Source: Octopus sinensis (Eukaryota). Taken from it: a DNA stretch of 57,409 bases. The stretch is from the NCBI RefSeq assembly GCF_006345805.1, contig NW_021833617.1, positions 1-57,409 on the forward strand, written 5' to 3'. Made by a program: the position numbers and the translations under genes. Under the pieces are notes generated by a model. That model was not told where the DNA came from, did no database searches, and saw nothing but the letters and a program-made list of their open reading frames with translations. Shown here piece after piece: positions 38,850-51,274 of the stretch (its first letter is position 1; every line of letters starts with the position of its first letter).

Positions 38850-39420
38850 TCACCATTATCAATATCCATTGTTTATCATATACTATTTCATCATGCTTCA
38901 GCCAAACCCAGTTTATATTCAGTTATCTCTATCAGTCATCCACATCTACCAATATTGAATAAAGGATGTCTCTATTAATGTATTACATGAACTTTCACAA
39001 AACAAAAGGCTCCAAAAGTCCCATGTTAAGTAAAGTTGTTCTAATGTCCACAAACCATCTCTGTAAATCTCCTTTAACAAAACAGTTAGGGATCAACCTG
39101 ATTATTTTATATTTAATTAAAATAACAACTAATGGTATTTTTTCTACCACTAACTCTCCTTTTAAGCAATCTTTTCCTATCAACATTCATAGAGATACTT
39201 CAATAACATTACCAAAGCTGTTCGATTTCTTTAGGATTAAATTCTACTTCTGCCATAGTTTATTGGTTCTGCGTCACCCTCATGAGAGGAGAATCTGAGA
39301 AGTGAATGAACACTCGATTCACAATCAAACAACCTGTATTTCACCGTAAATACTCTCAAACAACTTCAAACCTTATCTTCTAGTCATTTCTCTAATTGTG
39401 AGTTGAAGAAGACTTTGCAA
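38850..39420 (-). mobile_element. Possible very decayed Penelope-like RT remnant
   Basis: Only a vague resemblance to the 'Q..G..MG..L...L.N' RT segment. Confidence 0.25.
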
Positions 39421-40734
39421 TAGAAGCGATGGGATAGTTGTCTAACAAAGCAGAGTGTTATGTGGTGTCAACCAGTATAACAATATTATCAAAAGAAGTA
39501 ACAACAGGTAGAAGATGAGTGATGGAAACATAATTACAGGTAGTCCACTTCAGAATAAAACAACAACACCAAAAACAAGTCACTAATATTGACAATGGAA
39601 CTGATTAAGTCACCATTGGCTATATTGTCATGAACGAATATGATCAGTAAAATGCAGAAAATACCCGTTGCAATAGTCAACAAACAATAAAACACATCAG
39701 CATCATGATGACCATCCAACCTCTAACAAAGAAGGCACCATATTGTCTTGGACCATATATAAAGATGTTTTAACAGCAGACATGAGAGACAGAGAGCTAA
39801 CTACTCAAGACTATGTCTATTCAGGAATGCATTAAAGATCTTTACAAATATTTAGATCATTGTTGAAAGTCACTGATAATATTGTTGTACATTAAACTAA
39901 AATATATGAAGTTTTTTTCTACAATAAACCTAATGAATGTGACATAGTAAATATCAGCTAACCAAACATACACACACACACACACGTCTATATGAATATA
40001 TATAAATACATATACACATGTGTATATGTATATACATACACAAGTGAATGAGTGAGTGAGTGAGTGAGTGGTGGGTGGGTGGGTTTGTGGGTGGAGGGGC
40101 AGACATATTACGCTCCACAATAGCATAATATTGAGATAGGTAAAGATATTTGTAAGAAAGAATAGAATCACTGGCCAGCTTCTCTCATTGCCAGACAAAC
40201 ATTGTCTACAGTGATCATACAACTTACTAACAATAGTTTTAAAGCACAACAAACTAATCAATACACAGTCCGTATTTATTATTATAATAATAGTAATTTT
40301 TACAGTTCAGATAAAACTGTCTGGTTTACATCTGATCTCTGTTCTGTCTACAAATGATATAAAAGATAGAGTTTTTCTTTCAAAACAGAAAATAATGGAA
40401 TTTCACAAGGTCACAAGGTCTTCAGTTGACAACTATTCTTAGATTAACTGGAAAAAACATATGCAATATTGTTTTAGATTTACAAAACTCATCTGCAATT
40501 TTACAAAATCCCAAAATGATTTCTTTCTTTGTTGTACAAATTTTCACTTATGACAATATACTTCTCTGAAAGAGTAGTGTGTGTGTGTGTGTGTGTGTGG
40601 TGTGTGTGTGTTTGTTTGTTTGTTTGTTTGAGAATTTCATTGTTGATGTACTCCTTCCATGAACATGCACACATGCACAGACACAGCATGTTTGAACAAA
40701 ATGTGATGATTATGTACTGGTCAACAGCCAACAG

Positions 40735-41540
40735 CATTGGAGAGCATAAAGATTAAAGTTGAGAAAATGTTAGCCGACATGGGAGGCTGGAAGCCAACTG
40801 AACACTGGGAAAGAGTTACCTGTATCATGATGATTCATGGTGGGTATCAAAATGCCAACATCATGACTGTTGTTGTTCAATGCTCTGGAAACACTGTTAA
40901 GGTTGTAAGACATGGTGCAGACAGATGCAACAGGGGCTATGAAGTTGTGACCAGGAAGGAGCACAGCAGGCATTCTGACAGCATCCACACACCAGAATTC
41001 ACCCCCAAATCTTTGAACAGGGCTTCAGGCAGCTCAATTCTGACAGTTGTGAAGCTGCTGAAGATGTGGTCATATTCCCAGATGGAGAGGATAGTGTTGG
41101 AAGGCCATATGCGTGGCAGCAGGATTCTGCTTTTTGTCATCCCTCCAGAAAGAGTCAGAATGGTTGACAGGGAATTCCTACAACTTCACCAGCCCTAATT
41201 TCTGGCCCCCTAATTCCCCCAAATGTTATCCAATGATTTACTATGTACGGGATGTGATTGAGAAAGACACCAACCACTCTCTGCCTGCAACACCAAGATT
41301 GAGCTGGCAGCCAAGATCAAAGTGTTCAAAGATCTTCCCAAGAACACACTGAGGAACACATGCACCAGATTCTGGTGTCATTCTAAGGCCGTGGTGGAAG
41401 CTGAGGAAGGATAGTTTGAAAGAACTGTGATTTCCCAACCATAATCTCATTGATATCCTTTTGATCTTTAAAATAATTTAAATTCTGGATGGGATAGTGT
41501 TTTCTTTTCCTTTTATGCAAACTAACAAATTTAGTCCAAA
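40735..41540 (+). mobile_element. Tc1/mariner fossil, maT (DD37D)-like
   Basis: WQQDSAFCH and WLTGNSYNFTSPNFWPPNSPKCYPMIYYV..VIEKDTN correspond to a decayed QD..P.H ... WPP.SPDLNP.DY.VW motif. Confidence 0.7.
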
Positions 41541-41559
41541 CACTCTGTGTACACACACA

Positions 41560-41720
41560 CACTGTAAAGTGATTGGTGTTAGGAAGGGCATCCAACCATA
41601 GAAACCATGCCAAAACAAACATTAGACAATGATGCAGTCCTTGGCCCCATCAGATCCTGTCGAACAGTCCAACCCATGTCAGCATGGAAAGCTGGATGTT
41701 AAATGACTATGATGATGATA
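41560..41720 (+). mobile_element. SINE family B tail, CpG-decayed
   Basis: ttggtgttaggaagggcatccaaccatagaaac...ggatgttaaatgactatgatgatga. Confidence 0.8.
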
Positions 41721-41784
41721 CATATTATGCACACACACACACACACACACAAATACATGCACAGATACAGATATGCATATATTA

Positions 41785-42228
41785 TAGGTTTCATTCGATG
41801 CACTTGGACATGCTGGGGCAGCACCTTCAAAACTTTGTCAATCATTGTGACTCCGCTATTCACTGCCATCTGCTCCTTATTTTAATAGTATTTGTTGAAC
41901 TGTTAAGTCACAGAACACAGAGGACATCATATAAACCATATCAAATTTTAATTGGAAACAAAAACAAACACAAACAAGGATACACGGATGAACAGACACT
42001 CATCTATATGCCCATACATACAGAACGCATACACCCACACACATGCACATGCACATATACATGTATAACAATATATGAGCTTAGGACCAATTTGTCTCCC
42101 AAATTCTACACACAAGACACTGATCAACCCAAGGCCTACAGTAGAAAATACTTGTCCGAGTGGGATTAAATCCAAGGCCACACAGCTGACAAGTGAACTT
42201 CTCAACTACACAGCCAAGCCTGCACCCT
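41785..42228 (-). mobile_element. SINE family C, decayed
   Basis: Head near 42225 (ggtgcaggcttggctgtgtagttgagaag on the minus strand) and tail gctgccccagcatg. Confidence 0.65.
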
Positions 42229-42483
42229 CCTACTCACACACACACACACGTGTATAGAGAGAGACAAGAAGAGAAAGGTGCAAAGCAAAGCTAAAAAGTA
42301 TAGTGTATCCCAACAGACGATGTTGTTGCAACATATAAATAAATAAATAACTGTTTTATTTCCACTAAAATATTAAGTAACTAATTAAATCGAGAGTATA
42401 TTACAGTGTTGGTATAAAGTCTCAACATATAGAAGCAGAGAACATATAGCAACACTGTCATCATCGTCATCATCACCACCACC

Positions 42484-42529
<46 letters not shown>

Positions 42530-43134
42530 CTGCAACTTTCTATTTCCGAAACCTTTCTCCTATTCAGAACAATTGTTCTGGCTGCCACATAGCCATGTTA
42601 TAATCAAAGCTCTAAAGGTCTCCATTAGGCAAAGCCTCGTCTATCTAGCAGCAATCCGACCAATGTTTTCAACATTCTACAGTATGACGTTCAGTGTGTG
42701 CAGGTGTGTAAGATTGGATGGATGAAGATAAACAGAGGGAAAGATACAGAGATACATATATCTATACATACATCTGTGTGTGTGCGTATATATAATGTTT
42801 TGTTTTAAGAGCTAGTGTGAACAGTGTGGTATCTACCCATGTAAATATAATACCCAAGACTTTAAAAGGCAATGACCACTGCATTCAAGCACATTCCTTT
42901 CAAACTAATTGCAATGTTAATCGACTTAACGAAGGTAGTTTCATTAAGTATGAAAGACTCTGCTGTGTAATTATAACTTCATCCTTAAAGTTATAATAAA
43001 TTTCTTTTTCTGGCTGTTAACTGCAATTACCCTCACCTGAATAGTCAGCCTTCTTCACAGATATCTTTGTATTCCATTATAGTGAAAGAAGTGGATGATG
43101 ATTATTTGTAACAGTAATAAATTATATCTTGTAT

Positions 43135-45058
43135 AATAAATAGTTGGCAAAATAAAATGTTGTGCTCCATTTCTTTCAAGGAAATTTTATTGACCTTAGC
43201 TGGACAATGTGTTGCTCACATACTTCAGTACATTATGCAAAAGTCTATGACAAACATTGAAAAATTCATTGAATTGTGAATGAAGTTAGTGGGTGTACTT
43301 TCTGAGCCATGCCCAACACATGATGAGTGCCAAACAAAGGACATATTATTGACATTGGGGAAACATTCAGTGCTAGGACAATTTACTGTTGGTTAATTGA
43401 CCCCTGGTCAATTTGCTGCTCTTCAGTTTATCATGCAGCCAAAATTTTCACCAGTCAACTCATCACCAGATCAATAATGCATCGTGTTTTGACAACATGT
43501 ATTAGAACAACATACTGTGCAGAGATGGCTTGCAAAATTTGTTTCTGAGGATCAACCCTTTCAAGTTGGACAATATAAAGGAAGACCATTATCCATTATT
43601 GATAGTATAAAATTGTTGAATATAATTGAAGTCGATATAGAACCTCATCCGACGACAGGCACCCATGCCAACCCCCTTTGCTTGCGAAGACATGTTGGGG
43701 CAAGCGAAATCGAAATCGAATTGAACCAGCCAGGATTCCTGGTCTGGTGGTACGTAAAAAGCACTATCCGACTCGTGGCCGATGCCAGCGCCGCCTCCAC
43801 TGGCTTCCGTGCCGGTGGTACGTAAAATACACCAATCCGACCGTACGACAGGCACCCATGCCAACCCCCCTTTGCTTGCGAAGACATGTTGGGGCAAGTG
43901 AAAGCGAAATCGAATTGAACCAGCCAGAATCCCTGGTCTGGTGGTACGTAAAAGCACTATCCGACTTGTGGCTGATGCCAGCGCCGCCTCGACTGGCTTC
44001 CGTGCCGGTGGCACATAAAATACACCAATCCGACTGTGGCCGTTGCCAGCCTCGCCTGGCACCTGTGCAGGTGGCACGTAAAAAGCACCCACTACACTCA
44101 CGGAGTGGTTGGCGTTAGGAAGGGCATCCAGCTGTAGAAACATTGCCAGATAAGACTGGAGCCTGGTGCAGCCTTCTGGCTTCCCAGAACCCCGGTCGAA
44201 CCGTCCAACCCATGCTAGCATGGAGAACGGACGTTAAACGATGATGATGATGATGATGAATTCTCAAGTAAGACAACAGGAACTTTCATGGATGTTCAAC
44301 ATGAAACTATAATTGTATCAGCAAAGAAAATCCTGGAAGATAAACAGATGGCAATAAACTTCATTGACTGTCAATTTGTTCTTCATTTCTTTCACTTCAC
44401 AAAACAAACAAAAAATCCTAGACACTTTTTAATTATTTGCTCACTTGCAATGGAAAGTGGTTGTTACACTCAAACAAGAAGAGAAATTATCGCTGGCTGC
44501 CACCAAATGATTCAGGATCACACACATCAAATGCACTGCTTCACCTCCAGGAAAGTGCATTTAGTATGTGATGGAGACTGCAGCTAGAATTCTCCACAGT
44601 AAGTTTCTCATTACAAGTCAAACAATTATGGCTGAAACCTATTCAATGCAAATAGAGTAGGTACAGGATGGTTTACTTCAGAAGTAGTTCATCAACAGAA
44701 AGTGATATTTCTACAAGACAATGCAACATCTCATATGGCAAAGATTTACCCATGACAAGTTTTGCTTAGGTTGGTAGGTACTTCTACACCCACCACATTC
44801 TCCTGATATTTCAGCAAGCGATTATCACTGGGTCTTTTGTTTGTTTTTTTTCCCACTAAACATTCATATGCAAGACAATTCCACAAGAAAACAGAGATTA
44901 AAGAGACTGTCTTTTAAAGACAACAGATTTTTTTGAAAGTGGGATTGACATGTTTTCCATAGGGAAAGAACCAAGAGATTAAATAAACATTTTTGCAATT
45001 TTTATATGAAAAAAATTTTATTATAAAAAATCACATGGACTTAGCTGCCTACCTCATA
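43135..45058 (+). mobile_element. Decayed mariner element interrupted by a SINE
   Basis: HTH region VQRWLAKFVSEDQ...GRP...IIEVD (43517-43635), then IFLQDNATSH and LLHPPHSPDISASDYH (~44700-44830). TIRs are only weakly recognisable. Confidence 0.7.
43645..44259 (+). mobile_element. Young SINE family B copy with ~195-bp internal tandem duplication
   Basis: cgacaggcacccatgccaaccccctttgcttgcgaagacatgttgggg occurs at ~43653 and ~43846. CpGs are intact and there is a (GAT)n tail. Confidence 0.9.
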
Positions 45059-45096
45059 TATGTGTGTGCATGTATGACATGAATATACATACATCC

Positions 45097-45130
<34 letters not shown>

Positions 45131-45349
45131 GCACACACTCACACACACACACACCACATATATATGAACAAATATAAACACACACAAACATTTCAAGTGG
45201 TTATAAAAATAACTCAAGATCCAAGACCCACCAGTATATTAGAATAAACATATAAATATAAAATATGTAAAGTAAATGTATATTATATGTGAAATTATAT
45301 ATGCAAGAGTGTGTGCATCTTGTGCATGGTATATGTATAATTTACATAT

Positions 45350-45690
45350 ATATGGGCAAGTGCCTTCTGCTACGCCCTTGGGTTGACCACAGCCTTGAGT
45401 AGTTTGGCAGACAGAAATTGAAAGAAGTCCATCTTATAAATATATACATATATATTTATGGGTTTGTGTCGTTCTGTCTCTGTTTGTACCCTTTGTACCC
45501 TACCACTGCTTGACCATTAGTGTTGGTGAGTTAATGTCCCTGTAACTTAGCAGGTCATCAAAAGAAGGCAATACAATACATAATAAGCTTTACAAAGTAT
45601 AAGTCCTGCAGGCAATTCATTCAACTAAAACCCCTCAATGCAGTGCTCCAACAAGGCTACAGTCAAATGATAGAAACAAACGATACAGGA
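45350..45690 (+). mobile_element. SINE family C, 5'-truncated and decayed
   Basis: gggcaagtgccttctgctac...gcagtgctccaacaaggctacagtcaaatgatagaaac. Confidence 0.75.
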
Positions 45691-45792
45691 TATATATATG
45701 TGTGTGTGTGTGTATGTATATATGAATATATACATGTGTGTGTGTGTATGTATATATGAATATATACATGTGTGTGTGTGTGTATGCAGATA

Positions 45793-46447
45793 CTAGTTGA
45801 CATACCCGGTAATTCCTGGGAAAGCGGGACTTATCCCTTGGTTCCATTCTCATAATTGTTTCACTAATCCAATAACATAAATACAAAGTATGTAGCCCTT
45901 AAAACGGTTTTTATGCATTTACAGAGAATACCGAACTGTCCTTCACAGGATCTTGTTTTTAGGAATTCCGAATAAGTTATGAATACAGAAATTGTGAAGT
46001 CAGTTATGTAATAACATGGAATTTGTTACCCGATAGTGAGAATTCAAATAAAGTAGCCCTGAAAAGGGCATTAATGCATTCCCAGAGTATATAGAACATA
46101 GGTGGAAATACTAATAAGGTATTATACTACAATCATGAAGCATGTTATGTAATAACAGGCTAATCAGATACGAGATATTAACAATTCAAAGTAAATAACT
46201 GTGAAAAGGATTTTTGTGTGTTCCCAAACAATATTACCCTCTGTGGTGCTAGTATTGCTATATTCATGAATAAGTCACTAACCAAAATAACTGGATCAAT
46301 TGTTTGGGAAAAGACTATTTACTTGTTTAAAGGCTGTACTGAATACATTGCGAAAATAACTAAAATAGTTCAAATACTAAGAAATGAGCATATACAATTT
46401 GATATATACCAAATAATTTAGGAAAATGAACAAGTTATTTCTCTTGA
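45793..46447 (-). mobile_element. Non-autonomous Helitron 3' part
   Basis: The minus strand ends cccaggaattaccggg (hairpin)-tatgtcaa-CTAG|T, and there are degenerate ~150-bp internal repeats. Confidence 0.7.
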
Positions 46448-46454
46448 CTATATA

Positions 46455-49400
46455 TCAGGATCCCCTCCAGGAGCCCCATTATCGACTTTTTCAAAAATGT
46501 GAGTATACCATGAGGTTTCCTCCTCTGGGCTTAAAAAACAAAGATGGCACCAAAGTGGGAGAAGAAAGAATTGAATCTTCTGTTGTGAGCATAGATGATT
46601 GCTAGTGGCGATCTGCCAAACAACATCATCACTGTTGCACTGAAAAACAATGGCTTTCACAGAACCACTGATCAGATAGAGCGGAAGAAGAATGAGTTCA
46701 TTCGATCCTATATGCTTATCAGACCACACATTGACACACTGGATGTCATAATCGAAAACTATTCTAGCTAGGATGATAAGAATGGAGAAGATGAAAAGGA
46801 AAAAAAACCTGGAAGTCTCTTTGATCCAGTGGTTCCTCAAAAGAATGGATCTCCCACCCCTGTGAACAACCAGGCAGAAAAGGATAGGGGAACCAAGGAA
46901 GCAGCAACTAGAAGCCCCTCTGTGCCAGTGGTCCTACAAAGGAACGGAGCCCTCACCCAGAGGAAAAAAGTTCCCACCACAAAAAAAGGCAGGACAGAAC
47001 ACAAACACAAACATAAAGAAGGAAAGGAAGAAAAAAGAAAAGGCAAAAATGAAACAACCGAAACCGAAACCCGAACCCACCAAACAAAAACCAGAAAACC
47101 CCATGGAGGATCCAATGCCATCCAAAACCCTACAGGAAAGAAGAAATTTGGAAGGCACTCAAGAACCTGCAAATTTTACATGCAAAGCATATGTTGGCAT
47201 GGGGAAAACAGCAAAAACTGTTGGTTTGCCCACCCAACACCCTGCCAATACTACAGGGGCCTTAAGGAGAAAAACTTCCCTGAGGAAAGACAACAAATGT
47301 CTCCAAGGAAACAAATTTATGAAAGAAGTGTCCTCTTCAGAGGTTATGTGCAATGCAGCAGCTGAGCAAGAGTCTTTTTTGTGCATGGCGCAAAGGATTG
47401 TACAACAGCTGACCTGGCTACACCAAGCACAAACAAGGAACATTGCACACCACTGAACAAGACCACCTCAGTCAACAGACATGGGATGGCCTCCCCTATT
47501 GCCTGTACAGTCGTCATGCCAATATTTTTACTAAATATTGGGGGCCTCTTGCATCATAATAAAAGCAAAATTTCTTTCCTGAGAGACCTTGCTGCATGCA
47601 ATCAAGGGAAAGGAACCATGGTGGAGTTGCTGTATACATCCAAGATGACCTCACACCCCAGGTCTTACTGCCATACTCAAATTCAGCATGTGACACACTA
47701 ATTGTGTACATAAGACAATATAATATAGTCATATGTAATACATATTGCCCACTGGATGCTACAAACCACATTGGCAAGTTTGAAGATTGCCTCACAAGGA
47801 GTAAAGAAATCCTCATGAATCTGGAACACCACGTGACCATATTTCTTATGGGTGATTTCAACTTCCCCAACGTCAAATGGCCTGAAGGTTTCATACTCTC
47901 AGGAATGACTCATTGCAAGCAAGCACAAGTGGAGTCCCTGCTCAACCTCACCAATGCCCTATTCATGGAGCAAGTTGTACTCAGACCAACTAGGGCAAAT
48001 AACATTCTGGATCTCTGCTTCACGAACAATATGGACATCATTCATGTGAAAGTGATGCCAACATTAGTCTCGGATCACAACATAATAGAGCTGTCTATGT
48101 TTGGGCCAAAAGTAACCAGGGACATACAGCCTAAAGGAAGCATCCGAAATCTCTCCAATCTCAACTTCCACAAAGCAGACTAGAAATTGATCCAAAAAGA
48201 GATCCTCAGACAGGACTGACCAAAATGTCTCTCCACACCAGACATTGACATGAAACTAGAATATTTCAAGTCTTCTGTGCAAGCCGTATGCCAGAAATAT
48301 GTCCCAGAGCACAAGGCCCAAATAATTAGGAGCAAGATTCCAGGAGAGAGGAAGATCCTCATGAGATGACAGACAAAGGCTGCAAATCAACTCAACCAAC
48401 ATCCCAAAAGCAGTGAAACGTCCCGCTTAAAAACAACACTGATGGAGATTGAAAAAAGGCTGCAACAATCTATGTGAGGGAGAAAGCAGACAAACAAGCC
48501 TGGGTATAAAAAACATTAAGTCAAACCCAAAGGCCTTCTGTCATTACCCGAAAGAAACAGCCTCAGTACGCTGCAAGGTAGGACCCCACCTCCAAAAAGA
48601 TGGCGCCCTCACAGACAGTCCAACTAGGATCAGTGAGATAGTGAATGACCAGTTCAAAAGTGTATTTACCGCCCCGTTGGAACACAGACAAGTGAATGAA
48701 CCAGTGGACTTCTTTGCCACCTCACCTATAACCAGCGAGACAGTTACGATGGAATACTTTGACATTAGCAAAGAAGATATACTACTAGCCATAGATGAAG
48801 TGGACACAAACTCAACTGCTGGTCCTGATGGTTTCCCAGCAATCCTCCTCAAATCGTGTAAGCATGCCCTGGTAAAACCCCTCCAGATTCTCTTCCAGAG
48901 CTTTCTTGCAAATGGCAAACTGGCAAGCAAGCTGAAGGAGGGAATAATATGCCCAATCCATAAAGGGGGAAGCAGAGCAGATGCCAAAAACTATAGGCCT
49001 ATCTCTCTGACTTCACACATCAGCAAAGTCATGGAACGGATCGTCAGAAAGAAACTAATCGCATTCCTTGAGGAAAATAACTTGCTGAGTGATACCCAGC
49101 ATGGTTTTCGACCAGGTATGAGCTGCCTGACCCAGCTCTTACAACATTATGACTGGGTGTTGAGGCAGTTACTCAACAACTCAAATGTGGATGTAACATA
49201 CCTTGATTTTGCAAAAGCTTTTGACAAGGTGGATCATACCATGATCATGGTATGATATGCCACAAACTGCATGATCTCGGCATAGCTGGAAAACTTAGAG
49301 AGTGGTTACATGACTTTCTGAAAGATAGGAGTCAGGCAGTAGTGGCTAATGGAACCACCTCTATGAAAACACAAATAGTGAGCAGTGTTCTGCAGGGCAC

Positions 49401-49810
49401 TGTCTTGGGATGACTGCTTTTTATAGTGGCCCTCAAGTGCCCAGATAGCCACCCTTACAAGCTACGCAGATGATATGGAAGTCTTGCAGAAAATACAGAA
49501 CCCCAGCGATGTTGCACATCTGCAGCATAAGTTGGACTCAATTTTCAGATGGGCTGAGGATAATAATATGCAATTCAATGCTGAAAAATTCCAAGCCCTG
49601 TGCTACAAACATCCAAAACAGAATATGAAACTTACAGGGTCCACTGGTCCACAGGGAATTTCAATCCCAGAGCCTAAATCAGTGAATGACCTGGGTATAA
49701 ACATGAGTAATGATACCTCTTTCCAAGTGCACATTACCAGGATGACGACAAAGTGCAGACGACTGGCTAGATGGATCCTAAGAACATTCAGAACAAGAGA
49801 TAAGGAAAAC
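46455..49810 (+). mobile_element. CR1/L2-group LINE copy 1 (ORF1, APE, RT; 3' end missing), inactivated
   Basis: APE motifs GGVAVYI, GDFNFP, LDLCF, SDH. RT motifs GPDG, PIHKGG, YRPISL, QHGFR, LDFAKAFDKVDH, YADD. Multiple stops and frameshifts. Confidence 0.92.
46829..47365 (+). pseudogene. LINE ORF1 fragment with CCCH-type zinc finger
   Basis: Lys-rich region followed by CKFYMQSICWHGENSKNCWFAH (C-x7-C-x8-C-x3-H) at 47168-47233. Confidence 0.6.
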
Positions 49811-51195
49811 CAAGATCCTAGAAGACACACACACAGACAGAACGGATTTTATATAATAGACAAAACGCCCCCCCCCCCCGGTCCAATGGACGGTGCTGAG
49901 TTGTCAAAGATTTAAACCAAATTTTCTTAAAACAACTTGTCTGACCGTCCCATAGGCCTCCCCTATGAGAATCACTGATTTAACCTAAATTTGAGACACC
50001 AGCAAAAGAATAAATAAAGATAGAAAGTTAAGGCAAAAAAAAAATTCTTGAGAAACCAAATAGTCTTTCCTTCCTTCATGCCAAGTTTGAAGAAAATATC
50101 TCTTTTGCACCTTACTTTTGTGGTCTCTTAAATATACTGCATTTTGTGGCATTATTTCAAGCCAGCTGGCTTTTCTTGTGCAAACTGCACATGCATTTTT
50201 CTCGTGTATGTGTAGTATCAATCGGAACAGCTGAGGTACTTGCGTGTACAAATGCACATTCCCACAGCTTTATAGATCGCATTCTCACCTGGAATCGATT
50301 TTTGTAATTTTTTCAAGACCTATATAGGCCCTGATACTGCCGCTATCTACAAATCAAATTTGAGTGCAATCGGATGGAGGATGCCCAAGATCCTACAAGA
50401 CACACACACACACAAACAGAACAGATTTTATATAATAGCCGTTTGCCAGCTTGGCCGTTTGCCAGCTCTGTCTGGCCCCGTGTCGGTGGCACGTAAAAGC
50501 ACCATCCGTTCGTGTTCGTTGTCAGACTCGGCTGGCCCCCGTGCCGGTGACACGTAAAAGCACCGTCCATTCGTGGCCGTTTGCCAGCTCTGTCTGGCCC
50601 CGTGCCGGTGACATGTAAAAGCACCATCCGTTCGTGGCCGTTCGCCAGCTCTGTCTGGCACCTGTGCAGGTGGAACGTAAAAAACACCCACTACACTCGC
50701 GGAGTGGTTGGCGTTAGGAAGGGCATCCAGCCGTAGAAACACTGCCAGATCTGACTGGGCCTGACGAAGCCTTCCAGCTTCACAGACCCCAGTTGACCCG
50801 TCCAACCCATGCTCTAGCATGGAACGCGGACGCTAAATGATGATGAGACAACTTGTGCGACTGTGGCATAGGCCTCCCCTTTGAGAAACACTGATTTAAC
50901 CTAAATTTGAGACACCAAACAGGCCAGCTTTTTTGCGCAAACTGCACGTGCAATTTTCTCGGGTACGTGTAGTATCGATTGGAACAGCTGAGGTACTTGC
51001 GCATACAAATGCACATTCCCACGGCTTTATCGATTGCATTCTCATCTGGAATCGATTTTTGTAATTTTTTCAAGACTTCTACATGCCCTGATACTGTTGG
51101 TATCTACAAATCAAATTTGAGCACAATCGGATGGAGGATGCCCGAGATCCTAGAAGACACACACACAGGAAGACAGAACAGATTTTATATAATAG
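49810..51195 (-). mobile_element. Tandem Helitron-like 5' ends (three copies)
   Basis: agatccta.aagacacacacac...agaac.gattttatataatag occurs three times, ending at ~49860, ~50438 and ~51195. The minus strand begins A|TCTATTATATAAAA. Confidence 0.7.
50439..50846 (+). mobile_element. SINE family B with ~60-bp internal repeats
   Basis: Repeated ccgtgccggtg.cacgtaaaagcacc.tcc units followed by the family B tail ending atgatgatga. Confidence 0.9.
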
Positions 51196-51238
<43 letters not shown>

Positions 51239-51274
51239 TATGAATATATACATATATATATATATATATATAAT

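Noticed and set aside
219-45886. Many ORFs rich in HT/CV/YI/RE/LS dipeptides
   Set aside because: They are translations of stop-free (CA)n, (TA)n and (GA)n microsatellites, not genes.
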